Origin: Octopus vulgaris
Taxonomy: Eukaryota
Length of the DNA stretch: 64,000 nt
Direction of reading: 5' to 3'
NCBI GenBank assembly: GCA_951406725.2
Contig: OX597815.1
Span: 155,806,001-155,870,000 of the forward strand
The notes under the pieces are model-generated. The model saw only the letters and a list, made by a program, of their open reading frames with translations, ran no database searches and was not told where the DNA came from. Numbering within the stretch: position 1 is the stretch's first letter; every line of letters starts with the position of its first letter. The translations under genes and the position numbers were made by a program. Shown in pieces: positions 13,689 through 26,541 of this stretch.

Positions 13689-13938
13689 AATACAAAATGG
13701 GACAAGAATACAAAACATCCAGATAGACAATACAAAAAACACAGACAGGTCATTCGAAGCCTTTAATCTTCAGTCAAGAACCGGATCATCCTCGCAATGT
13801 CGGCTGATTAATATTGAGATTACTCCAATCTGGCCAGCCCCAAGGAAAAACTAAGCTAAGAGCATTAGATTCCTTGGAAAAAAGCTTCGAATGTATATGA
13901 AACAAGGACAGAAAAACAGACGATGTTACACGAATGTA
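13688..13938. mobile_element. Unclassified ~250-bp insertion embedded in (TA)n
   Basis: Non-repetitive, relatively CpG-rich block with (TA)n on both sides. Same architecture as 53355-53548. Confidence 0.4.
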
Positions 13939-13950
13939 ATATATATATAT

Positions 13951-14097
13951 AAGAATTTTTTGCATAATAAGATAAAAAACTACGGCTGTATAGAAATTAG
14001 AGCCTTTATAGAGCATTTGTATTAATAAATTTATATCTATAAATGTTCTAATATCTATACAGCCTTGGTTTTTTATCTTATTACACAAAAAATTCTT
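13951..14097. mobile_element. Hairpin MITE (62-bp inverted arms) flanked by TA
   Basis: 13951-14012 matches the reverse complement of 14036-14097 at 55/62 positions. TA-rich flanks. Confidence 0.8.
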
Positions 14098-14228
14098 ATA
14101 TACACATGCTGACATAGAACCAACGTTGAACCTTTTATTTGCAATATTACCGAATCTGGAACTTGACTATGGTCTGTCTATAGCACTTATTCAGCATTAC
14201 CTGACACCTTTGGGTGTCTTATATATCT

Positions 14229-14279
<51 letters not shown>

Positions 14280-14929
14280 GTATATATGTATATATATATG
14301 TATATATATTTGTTAATATGGAATGTCCACATGATTATGTCCCTGTAATATATACATTCTATAAGTGGCAACACAACACATTTTCTTGGGTCAGCTGTCA
14401 TTCTAAACTAGTTTGCTCTGTGTCATTTAAGAGCATTTAAAAATATTTATTCAAATTGTCTTTGTGTGTTTGTTATTTATTTTATGTATTTATCTTAGTA
14501 TTTATTTCTCTCGTCTCTTATTTGGTCTTTTGTAGCTTCTGTTTATTTATTTCTCTTACTAAACGGAATGTTGTGTTTGGTATTATTTTCCCCAGTAACA
14601 GAATATTCTATCATTTCTGATGACACTGTCTCTTCCAAGATCAGCAAAGCTGTTTTTGCTTTTTGTTGTGTTTTTTTTTCATTTTCATTTTATTCTATCG
14701 TTTAGTTTTCTATGCTAGCATAGTTGGGATGAGACCAGCTTTTGTAAATTTAGATATTGTTGAATACATTTACAACTGTCAATTATGCCACTATGAAGAA
14801 GCACTGACTTTGGCTGTGAGTCAGGCAGTTTAACATGAGTCAAATAATGTGCTTTTCTCAGAAACGCAATGCAATATTTATAAAGTGAATTCATTTCATA
14901 TCAGCAGTAATACTGAACCTTATATCTAC

Positions 14930-15200
14930 CATGATGATGATGATGACGATGATGAGATGATGACGATGATGAGATGACCATGATCATGATCATCATGATC
15001 ATCATCATCCTTTAACGTCCATTTTCCTTGCTGGCATGGATTGGATGGTTTGACCAGAGCTTCCAAGCTAGAGAGCAGCACCAGGTTCCAGTCTGATTTG
15101 GCTTGGTTTCTATGGCTGTATGGCCTTCCTAACACTAACCACTTTACAGTATGCTGGTAGCTTTTAATGTGACACAAAATGAGTGCTTTTATGCGGCACT
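14930..15200 (-). mobile_element. SINE/LINE-tail family D ((GAT)n tail)
   Basis: Reverse complement of the 3' part of 20118-20490. Related fragments at ~9470-9680, 16055-16115, 17830-17900, 32470-32620 and 62430-62530. Confidence 0.7.
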
Positions 15201-15444
15201 GGCACAGAATTCTTGCAGTCTAATCCTCTTCACCAAGGGGAGTGGCCTTAAGGATATATTTTCTTGAGTTGGTAAGGCATCAATTCCATCAGTCCTGTAA
15301 TATTCATTTTCCCTATATTTAGGGACTCTGTTTATGGACACAACACCAACAGGAGGCCACTAGAAATAGCAGCCAAATTGCTTCAAATCATAGCTTACCA
15401 TTTTAAAAATGGAATGGCATGCTGAATTATGTACACTTATTTTG

Positions 15445-15950
15445 TCCCACATTCACCTATTTTATATCCCTTGTTCCAGGATTGATCTCATCTTCTCATT
15501 TTGTTACTAGAATGATTTAATCATAAATATGCTTAATTAGTTTTGCCCAATAGTGAAACAACAACAGTTATTTGAACAGCAAATGTCTAATACCGTTGCT
15601 TGCTGGTTATTATCTACATCATGTTAAAATCCATCACCTCTTTATGTCATCTTACGTATTTCTATTGGACACGGTTTCATCTGGTTGTTATAGTTAACTA
15701 ACTTGGATTGATTTCATTTCAGAATATCATAGATTTTATTACATTTTTTTTTATTAAAGCAATAAGTATTAGACAGAGTAGGTAATAGGCCTGTGTTACC
15801 AAAATCTAGGGGAAGGGGTTTCACACAAATTCCAAACTACTGGAACATAATTTCTAAATCCAGATAAAAACATGAAAACTTAATAACAAAGTGGGAAAGT
15901 GAGATCAATCTTAGAGCAAAGAAGGATATAGAACTGGAGCAGTGTTGGGC
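15445..15950. mobile_element. Decayed ~500-bp foldback element/MITE
   Basis: TATATCCCTTGTTCCAGGATTGATCTCATCTTCTCATTTTGTTA (15463-15506) pairs with TAACAAAGTGGGAAAGTGAGATCAATCTTAGAGCAAAGAAGGATATA (15884-15930). TGTCTAATACCGTTGCTT (~15584) pairs with AAGCAATAAGTATTAGACA (~15757). Confidence 0.65.
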
Positions 15951-16386
15951 AGATGAGATGAGATGGTTGCATAGTGTTATAACCTATCCCATAATTTGGC
16001 ATGAAAAATTTCAAACTTTACCAGATTTAATCTGTTATAATAGATTTCCTCAGAGAGCTTCCGTCCAACCCATGCTAGCATAGAAAACGGACATAAATGA
16101 TGATGATGATGATGATCTGCATAATCATTAAAGCTATAGATTTCTCATTCACAAACTGATTATAATTTTCAGACTGCATTTTTCAGATGGTGCAAAGAGG
16201 GTGATAATTGTTAGAAATACATTACACAAAACCTGGAGTAGGGGTGCATGCTGTTGGGCTGGCCTAAGATACAAAATATTCTAATGATAGCCCCCATTAC
16301 TTTTAATTGTAATTAGCTACCAAAACATTAATCAGTAAAATCAATTTTAGAAATCTGTTTTCTTCCAGGTTCTTTATTTTGTTACT

Positions 16387-16421
<35 letters not shown>

Positions 16422-16479
16422 TATCATAATTATAATTACTATTATTATTATTATCATCATCATCACTATTATTATTATT

Positions 16480-17032
16480 GAGTGAGAGAGTAGTGCATGT
16501 CATCAAAGTGACACTGGGGTTAAATATACGAAGCCCAGTATAGCCATCATGACTACCCGTCTGATAAGGGTATACAAGGCACATGCATCACAACCATAAG
16601 TGTGCAACACGATGATCTCATATCACGATAAACAGTGCATGACTTTGCAGGTGGGGCCCAGTTAGAATTTTATTCTGGTCGTGTAGCACATCCTGCTCAA
16701 AAGGTCCCTGAATAAGGATTGTTTAAGGATATTGAATGAACCACCCATGTTTCCAAAGGTGAATTATCCAAACCCCAAAGAATCCCTCTTAACACATGGC
16801 TATGATGGTCCCCCACTACTTCTGCTCGTGATCAGAGATGCATATATCATCAGCCACTAAGGGACATGCTCAACTGGTTAAGGTCAAACAAGTGACAAGT
16901 AAATCTGTGGTATTGAGCAGAATATTTGCTGTAGCCCATCTTTTGTACCAAGACAAAACAATGTACATGATAACATTTCCAATCAGTTAAGATCAGAAGC
17001 CACGAGTGCCAATGCCTGGTGCTGCATCAAGG

Positions 17033-17033
<1 letters not shown>
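16480..17033. mobile_element. ~550-bp non-coding element inserted in (TTA)n microsatellite (family E)
   Basis: (TAT)n on both sides. The right half is nearly identical to 22449-22702, which is also followed by (TTA)n. Confidence 0.8.
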
Positions 17034-17086
<53 letters not shown>

Positions 17087-18711
17087 CATTATTATTATTA
17101 TTAATATTAATATTTCTATCCTTTTCTTTCCACTTCAACTTTATAATTTTGACAACTTTCTTAGATTGTTAATATCCTCTTGTCATTCTGGATGCCAGAA
17201 CCAAATACTCTAAATCCTAATTACTCTAAATCCTAATTAGTAGGGCAATATAATCATTTGCACGTTGAGTGAGTACTCCAATAACGTACAAAAAAAAATG
17301 ACTAAAATATCTGAACAAACCAAATATTTTCTTAATATTTTATCCCTTTCCATTATTGATTTTGTACTTCTCTCAACTAAATTGTATCCCTTTCTATTGA
17401 GCTGTTAAATCAATACAACAACTAACATAATGTTCTGATAAATATTTATTTTTGCCTGTTAAAGGTCTAAACTTTGACGGGGAGGAAAACGCAGCTTGTT
17501 GAATTAGTACCAGTATATTATTGTGACACTTCTTTTGTCAAGCTTTGAGAGATGAGGGATACATTTACTCCATTATCTCTATCAACTCAACATTGCAACT
17601 ATTCAATATCATTATAAGATTATCTCTATTCTCTGTGTTGAGTAAGAACAAAGAAAGTTATATCAATGTTAAATGTTGTAACTGAGTCTATTTATTTGTT
17701 CCAGTGATAATCTTGCCATTTTCTTCCTTCTTATCTACCTCTTGCGATCTTGATTGTGTCAGGATAAGAAATCAGGAAATCTGTGTTCATTTCAAAGCCA
17801 GAACTGCTTCTTCTTTTCTCTTATAAATCATCATTATCTTAACATCCACTTTTCCATGCTTGCATGGGCTAGATGAAATTCACCGAAGCAGATTTTCTAT
17901 TGAGATTCTCCCCCTTTTGTTACCTCTCATCTGTTTCCAAGCAAAGTAATATTTCCCATTGTATGTATTTTATATTCATACATACATACATACATACATA
18001 CATGCATACATACATACATATAAATACATATATGATACAAATGTAGCATACTGAGACAACAAAGGAACATTGAGAAAAACACACAAGAGAGACAGACATG
18101 CTCAACTCCTCATCAGTTACCAACTATCATTGTTATCTTGACACAATGGGTTTCTTTCAACACTTGGTTATAAACCCAGTCACAAGCCTTTAATTGGGCC
18201 TGGGTGATAGTAGAAAACAATTGCATAAAGTGCCAATCAGTGGGACTGATTTGTAACCACAACATTTAGAAGCAAGATTTTTAACCACACAGCCATGCCT
18301 GTGCTTATAAGTAAATCTAAGATAGTAGCATATATTGGAAAAAACTAATGGCTTTGCGACTTATATGGAATGAATAAAAATATGCTGCTGGTCTTACATC
18401 ATGTTTCTTGGACAACAATTTTACTTATCTATTAGTCTAAGTTCAAGAATTTCCCAAGAAAAGTATTTGTGATAGTTTTCTTTCATTAGTGTTGATTTTT
18501 ATTTTGAGCAAATGAAGAGTACTGGTTGATGTGAAAAACAAGGATCAGGAAGAGAAGGGAATTTTAGGGACAACTAATAATACAAATGAAGGATTAAGAA
18601 AAATATTCAGAATAACATTTAGAAAGGTTTGGATATTAGAGCATTCTAAAGTTAAAGGAATTGTAAGAATGGCAGAACAGCAAACCAAAATGCCAAACTA
18701 TATTTAATTTT

Positions 18712-18804
<93 letters not shown>

Positions 18805-18805
<1 letters not shown>

Positions 18806-18966
18806 CCCCATAACTTAGTGGTTTGGCAAAAGAGACCGATAGAATAAGTAAGTACTAGGCTTACAAAGAATAAGTCCTGGGGTTGATTTGCTCAACTAAA
18901 AAGGTGGTACTCCAGCATGGCCACAGTCAAATGACTGAAACAAGTAAAAGAGTATAAAGAGTAAAT
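18805..18966 (+). mobile_element. SINE family B, 3' fragment (CpG-decayed)
   Basis: Aligns to 60720-60850, with most CpGs converted to TpG/CpA. Confidence 0.85.
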
Positions 18967-20117
18967 ATATATATATATATATATATATATTGAGCTAAAA
19001 TCCAGCTAGGATGGATTTTGCCTTTATCATAACAAGGCTGATAAACAGTACCACATAAATTTAGGTCAATTAAGGGAACATACTCTTCTTTTATAATCTT
19101 ACTGCATAATGCCAAAGTATAAAGCAGTTGCCACTACAACTAACAAAAATTAGATTCCTTCCTTTATCACTGCATGTCCCTGTTTAATCTGTTGCTCATT
19201 GATAAGCTTGTAGTTCTTTCCCTTGGATTTCTTGGTTTGAATTGTCATTAAAGTTAATGCATTTCTCATTATGAGTATAATTTCAGCTGAATGAAACTTC
19301 TGAATGGTTCACTACATTTTCTATATTAACCCACACTACAAGGCTGAATCAATGTATTGAAGGGGTAGGTCAGAATCAATTAAATCAAACCTAGTATTTG
19401 ACTGGTACTTTAGTTTATGGATCTCAAAATGATTAAAGGCAAATTTAATTTCAAAGGGATTTAAACTGCAAAATTTAAAGGCTGTAATTAAACACTATGA
19501 GGTATTTAATCCACTGCTTAAACAAATCTTCTAATCTATCATTCCATCTTATGCAAATGCTTGAAGTTTAAATCCTTTCAGGGTTGGCTCTATTTTCTCC
19601 TCCCTTATAACTGATAAAATAAATACATTATTAATAGTGTACTGGGAAAAATTCAATGCAGTAAAATTCACCCTTATCCTCAAAAATTTCTTTGGTTTTA
19701 TGCGTGGATATATGAAATAAATCAATAGAGAAAAAGATTCTATTGCCCTAACTGATAAATCAGAGGTTTCATGAATATGTATTCAAAACTATCTTTAATG
19801 ATAAATGTATCCTATTCAATAGTGAAAATATATATAGGTGTGAGATGGCACTTGAGAATATGCAAGTAGATACTATCTTCAGATGAATAGCTTTGTAATT
19901 AATGCAATAATGCTTTAGGTAGGAAAAAAAACATGACTAAAACAGAAACAGGAACTCATAAAAAAGTCACTAGAATAAGGAACAGACTCATGATTCAGGA
20001 ATGTGCAGTCTATATATGTATTTATGTATGTGCATGTGTATGTGTGTGTTTGCATGTGTGTATTTATGTGAGTGCATTTGTATGTGTGTATACGTATATA
20101 TACATATATGAATATTG

Positions 20118-20490
20118 GCATGTAAAAAGCACCATTCGAGTGTGATCATTACCAGCGTTGCCTTACTAGCACTTGTGATGGTGGCATGTGAAAAAACATT
20201 CGAGCGAGGTCGTTGCCAGTGCCGCTAGACTGGCTCCTGTGCAGGTGGCATGTAAAAAGCACCAGTTTAGTGTGGCTGTTGCCAGTACCGCCTGACTAGC
20301 CCTCATACCAGTGGCACATAAAAGCACCCACTACACTCTCAGAGTGGTTGGCGTTAGGAAGGGCATACAGCTGTAGAAACTCTGCCAGATCAGATTGGAG
20401 CCTGGTGCAGCCATCTGGTTCATCAGTCATCAGTCAAATCGTCCAACCCATGCTAGCAGGTAAAGCAGACGTTAAACGATGATGATGATG
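20118..20490 (+). mobile_element. Family D retroposon with internal GGCAYRTAAAAAGCACC tandem units and (GAT)n tail
   Basis: Four GGCATGTAAAAAGCACC-like units, then GTTGGCGTTAGGAAGGGCAT...CCAACCCATGCTAGCA...GACGTTAAACGATGATGATG. The (GAT)n tail is RTE-like. Confidence 0.75.
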
Positions 20491-22275
20491 ATATTTGTGT
20501 ATGTATACATATGTACATTTATGTGTGTGTGCTTATATGTATATATATATAAATATATATATACACACACATATATATGCACATGTAAATTGGTAAATAG
20601 ATAGATATAATTATATGTACACACTGAGATATGTGTGTATTTGCATGGCTGTCTGTCACAAGGGTGTATAACCTGGTGACTTGTACCATACTTTCACCGA
20701 CTGTTTTACCTACATAGCTGAGAGTTGATACAGATAGCATCTTAGCCTCCACCCCACTCACTCTTAGTAAAAAGGTTAAAATTGTGACAACTGGGTTACA
20801 TGTTTGAGCAGGTCGTTTTGAGGCTATAGAAAATGACATTTGCGTAAGATATCATGCAGTGGGATCTAACCTGGTTCTTTATGGTTGCAAATGGATCTTT
20901 TTAAATATCCACCCATACTGCACCCTCATGCACAAACACATTCAGTTATTCTCCACTGAAGCAAGAAGCTCATATGTGCACCAGAGGGAAGCCTCTTTCA
21001 CATACAGACTACATTTTCTGTCTGTTTCTAATACACACATATATAATCTCTCTCTCTTTCTTTCACACACACACACACACATAATGTATGCAAACTGAAT
21101 GATTTTTGTCATGATCCAAATTCACGCAACACAATCTTAAGGTGGACTGTTTTATTTTTGGTGTTTCAAACTGCTTTTATAAATATTGGAAAGGGTTCAT
21201 ACATATGTGTCAATTGCTTTCTTTTAGTCAATTTCTAAATGATATTTCGTTGAGATTAGGTTTATGTTTGCTATTGCTCTTTATTCATTGGTTGTTCGGT
21301 CACCGTTGGTCGATTTCAGTGTCATATCCGACTGCCCCAGATTTTCTTTTGTTTATGATGCATGTCTTTTTGATGACTTCCATGACGCTTTTCATTGGCT
21401 CATACAATCATCCTTCTATCTCTACTAGTTGATTCCATCCTTATATCCTATTTTGCTAAAATTCTTACTCTGTTTACTTTCATTATTACATCCTGCTTTC
21501 ATCCTCTAAATTGTTATTCCGTATTTGAAGTTGCTAAACGTTGTTTATTCTGTTATCATGTTTTTTTTTTGTTGTTTGTTTTCCATTTCTGCATTTAGTG
21601 TTTAGGCAGTCTGTCCGTAAGCATTAAAGTTCTGAAGATGTTGTATAGTAGCTTTTCATTGGTTAATTCGGCGCAGTTGATTTCATCATTATATCTTGTT
21701 TCACTAGAAATTCAGCTCTGTTTACTTAATTTGAAGTGATAAATTGTTATTTGAATTTGCTGATATCTTATGTCACCAGTGCTTTGAAAAGGACAATACA
21801 TTCTCTCTGCGAATGCTGTGAAATAAGTAAATGCGTTGTATGTATCAAACATTGAACCACAAAATTATTCGTCCGATATTTTTGGCGCCTTTATTTGTCA
21901 CATGAATGTATGGATCTGGACTTGGTAAGTTCATGTCTAAGGGGAAGATCTAGGTAAAGCTTATCTGGAAGACAATAGTAGTTCTCTATGCATAGAAAAC
22001 CCTTCTCTCCATGTCACCGATGTTGCTCAAAAGAGAAGAAAGTCAAGTACTGTTACGACACAGCCTGATTGTTGTCTCAAGCATTGCAATTAGAACGCTA
22101 AGAGCAAGAAAAGACACTGTTAGTTCAAGGCCCTAACAATTCCACTAAGTCACAGTTTTGGATCGCGAAAGGATTATAAAGGTTTCTGCAATACGATTTG
22201 AATTCGGTATGCAGAGAACCAAAAGAAATATTGCGCCCATCTACCTCAGTATATGTATGTATGAATGTATGTACA

Positions 22276-22312
<37 letters not shown>

Positions 22313-22329
22313 AAGAGAGAGAGAGAGAT

Positions 22330-22393
<64 letters not shown>

Positions 22394-22448
22394 TTTCTGG
22401 ACCATCCTAACCAAGCTGGGCTGCTCACACAAGTTCACCACATTGATA

Positions 22449-22702
22449 AGAATTCCTTTCAACACACGGCTATGATGCTTCCGCACTACTTCTGCTCGTG
22501 ATCAGAGATGCACATATTGTCAGCCACTAAGAGACATGATCAACTGGTTATGGTCAAGCAACTGACAAGCAAATCTATGGTATTGAGCAGAATATTTGCT
22601 GTAGCCCATCTTTTATACCAAGACAAAACAATGTACATGATAACATTTCCAATCAGTTAAGATCAGAGGCTTACGAGAGCCACTGCCGGTACTGCATCAG
22701 CA
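22449..22702. mobile_element. Family E element, partial copy abutting (TTA)n
   Basis: High identity to 16779-17033. Confidence 0.8.
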
Positions 22703-22713
22703 CATTTATTATT

Positions 22714-22766
<53 letters not shown>

Positions 22767-23024
22767 TGCGTCTACGTGCGTGTGAGTGGGTGTGCATACA
22801 GATGCTGTTAAGTCTATACTAGAGAATATTGTGAATTTGTCGCACGAAGGACCTCAGTTGTTAAGCTTTGTGACAGTTGATTATAGCTTTCCTTAGGCAT
22901 TAATGAGTAATATTATCTCAGTATTACACTTATCTATATTATATGCATTATTATATCACCCATTCACTATTATTTGAAACAACTGTAAAGACTGTACCTG
23001 CTTGCATCAGGTAAAATGTATCTT

Positions 23025-23350
23025 TTATTTGTTTCAATCATTTGACTGCGGCCATGCTAGGGCACCGCCTTGAAGTCAAACAAATCGACTCGAGAATTAT
23101 TTTTTTAAAGCCTGATACTTATTCTATAAGTCACTTTGCCGAACCGCTAGGTTACGGATACGTAAACACACTAACACCTGTTGTCAAGCGGGGTTGGGAG
23201 ACAAACACAGAGAAAAAGATACACTCACATAGATATATACATATACATATACACAACGGGCTTCATTAAGTTTCTGCCTACCAAATCCACTCACTTTTCC
23301 ACGGTGCCACGGGACTGAACCCGGAATTATGTGATTGGGAAGCAAGATTA
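23025..23350 (-). mobile_element. SINE family B, diverged copy
   Basis: Reverse complement of 60466-60860, with an internal deletion. Confidence 0.75.
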
Positions 23351-23482
23351 CCTCTCCTCTCACTGACATTTGCGATTCCGAACTCCTTCACCTGATTAAG
23401 AGGCTGGAATTTAAGAATTCGATCTCTCTCAGCCCTATTTAGTGGACTATATGTTCCGAACTTGCACCTGCATTTTGCCACC

Positions 23483-23564
<82 letters not shown>

Positions 23565-25987
23565 ATGTATGTATGTAGGCAGTTTATACACACACACATA
23601 TGAATGGGTGTCTGTGAATAAACACATATATGAGTATATGTAGGCATGTGCATGTTTACATGTTCGTGTAATTGTATTTATGATATATATATATATATAT
23701 ATATATATACGTACACACACACACACACACATGTATGCACTTATCCCTATATTCTATTACTCGACTCTGAATTACTATATCGGTTTAAAATGTTTTACAT
23801 TCACAAAAATAACAACAACAACAGCAACAACAACAACAAAAATGGTTGGGATTTTGTATGGCTGCAAATAATATTCTTATAATTTGTCTGACATATGTTG
23901 AATATTAATATTTCTATCTTTTAGTGGAATGGTTGACGTAATGTTTTTATAATTAATATGACAAGTTTCTTATTGAAAAACTAAAACAACTCTATTTTTT
24001 TCCTCTGAATATTTTTTAATCGGTATTATTAATTAATGCTATCTGTAACGAGATATACTCCATCGCAGTATTCTTAAGACCTTATAACTATCCTGTTATC
24101 TAGACGAACGTTGTAACTAAAGAAAGCAAATTTACAATTGATAGTCATATCTGGACAATTCATAACAATTGCTTCTAATTTAGTCACAAGACCAGTGATT
24201 TTGAGTGGAGTAGTGCAGGCCTCATCGATTATGACATCAGTATTTGAATAGCATTGAAGTTTAGCTGTCCCAGAGGGATGAACAGCAAAATTGATTCGGT
24301 GAAATTTGAACACACAACGTAAATATTGCAAGCGCTTCCTCAGAAGAAATATTCTTTTCTACTCTACGCAGAAGGCCTGAACTTTTTGGGGAGGGGCCAA
24401 TCGTTTAGAACGACCCAGTACGCAACTGGTACTTAATTTATTGACACCTAAAGGAGGAAAGGTAAAGTCGACCTCAGCGGAATTTGAACTCCTCAGAAGA
24501 AATATTGAAAGCATTTCTTCCTACGCTGTTACTATTCTATTAATTCTCTGGTCTGTGACAAATAACAGTTTCTGATTTTAGCACAAGGCGAGAGGATTGA
24601 TACCATTGGCTCAGTACTTGGCTGGTACATTATTTTATGAACTCTGGAATAATGGAAGGCATAGTTCATCTCTGCGGAATTTGAACTCGAAACACAAACA
24701 GTCGGGGCAATTGCAGCAAATCACTTCTGATGCTTAAACTGTTCTACCAGCTCGCTGCTCTGTGGCAGAAGATAATAATAATGAAATGGTTAAACAGAAT
24801 TTGCAGTTGGAACAAAAGTTGCTTGTTTTTGGGCATAGAATATGGGTAAACGATCTCTGTATAATAAATTAATCGCAAATGCTCAGAGAAATAATTATGA
24901 ATTCCATAGATCAATAGTCAAATACCGATAAAAAGGAACGAATTTATTTAGGTGCGCATAAAGTGGGAAGCATCAGGTTCTGGTAAATTCACGAACTCCG
25001 TCACATACAGAGTTTATAAAACACACGAATTTACTCATCAAATCATATTTCATTATATCAGACAGCCTTATGAAATTAAATTATTTATACTTAAATATTT
25101 TGGCCGTCACTGCGTTCGTAAATTAAATTAAATCTACTATCTGCATGAGACATTCATAAAAGTCTGTCTTGTTTATTATACAGTAACCCCTCTTTTGCTG
25201 TCTGCTGTAAGGTTGATGAACGCGACAGTCTTTTACAACTGACTAATATATCTAGAAAATTTAATCAATATATTTAATTTAGAAACGTGGCAGCGGTGAA
25301 CGTCTTTAAATATGACCTAAAGGAATCTTTAACATGAGAAATAAACACTGCTAGCTCACCAGTATATTTGTTTAACAGCCTTATGAAATGCGAGAATAGA
25401 GAAAATATGGACAAAGCGGCCAGTTGTAAAAATGCCACAGGCCATGTAGAAATTTAGAAGGATGACGTTAATATTGTGATTGAGAAAGTGCCATGAAAGC
25501 CGACAAAAGCACAAACACTAAAGCAGATCTATTTTACTAAAGACAACAACAGAAATAATGGAAAATGCAATTATAGTTACCACCAAGAACAAAAGATGGA
25601 TAACCATTTAATAGAAATACTAAAAAAGAAGCCAATAAATACGGACTAGAAATGAGAAATGAAAATAATTGTAGCATAATTGACAGAGCTATAGTAACCT
25701 GTAGGTGCTACTGAAATGTAACTGCAGACATGGAGAAAAATGGAGCAAACAGCCACTTTGTTCATCGTAAAATCTGTCAGAGTTACACTAGCATCAAAAG
25801 GAAGCAGGAAGATATTTTACCTACACAAACAAGAGCTATTGTGGTAGGAACTCGATAATCTACAGAGCATTATCATTAAAGAAGAAAATATGAATGAAAG
25901 ATGCACATACACCTACACGATGAGGATACAGTGCACATCATTGGCACGCATGCATCAGTCGAGTATCAATTTAAAAAATGACTTAAA

Positions 25988-26541
25988 GTGGTGAGCTGGC
26001 AGAAACGTTAGCACGCCGGGCGAAATGCGTAGCCGCATTTCGTCTGCGCTTACGTTCTGAGTTCAAATTCCGCCGAGGTCGACTTTGCCTTACATCCTTT
26101 CGGGGTCGATAAATTAAGTACTAGTTACGCACTGGCGTCGATATAATCGACTTAATCCGTTTGTCTGTCCTTATTTGTCCCCTCTGTGTTTAGCCCCTTG
26201 TAGGTAGTAAAGAAATAGGTATTTCGTCTGTCTTTATCTTTTGAGTTCAAATTCCGCCGAGGTCGACTTTGCCTTTCATCCTTTCGGGGTCGATTAAATA
26301 AGTACCAGTTACGCACTGGGCTCGATATAATCGACTTAATCCGTTTGACTGTCCTTGTTTGCCCTCTCTGTGTTTAGCCCCTTGTGGGTAGTAAAGAAAT
26401 AGGTATTTCGTCTGTCTTTAAGTTCTGAGTTCAAATTCCGCCGAGGTCGACTTTGCCTTTTATCCTTTTGTATTGTGGTCGATCTAATCGACTAGCCCCT
26501 CCCCAAAAATTTCGGGCCTTGTGCTTAGAGTAGAAAAGAAT
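25988..26541 (+). mobile_element. SINE family A concatemer (head + 2 head-less units)
   Basis: tRNA-like head GGTGAGCTGGCAGAAACGTTAGCACGCCGGGCGAAATG...GAGTTCAAATTCC. Central GAGGTCGACTTTGCCTTTCATCCTTTCGGGGTCGAT..AATAAGTACCAG resembles the MetaSINE central domain. Units restart at GTATTTCGTCTG at ~26219 and ~26403. Confidence 0.9.

Noticed and set aside
19168-19286. Minus-strand open stretch containing KKSKGKNYKL (cf. talin KMKGKNKL)
   Set aside because: No donor at the matching position, only a weak CA|GTGATA further on, and no YG..FF motif. Likely chance.
25988-26072. tRNA gene
   Set aside because: A/B-box-like head of a SINE that continues into the SINE body. No intact cloverleaf.
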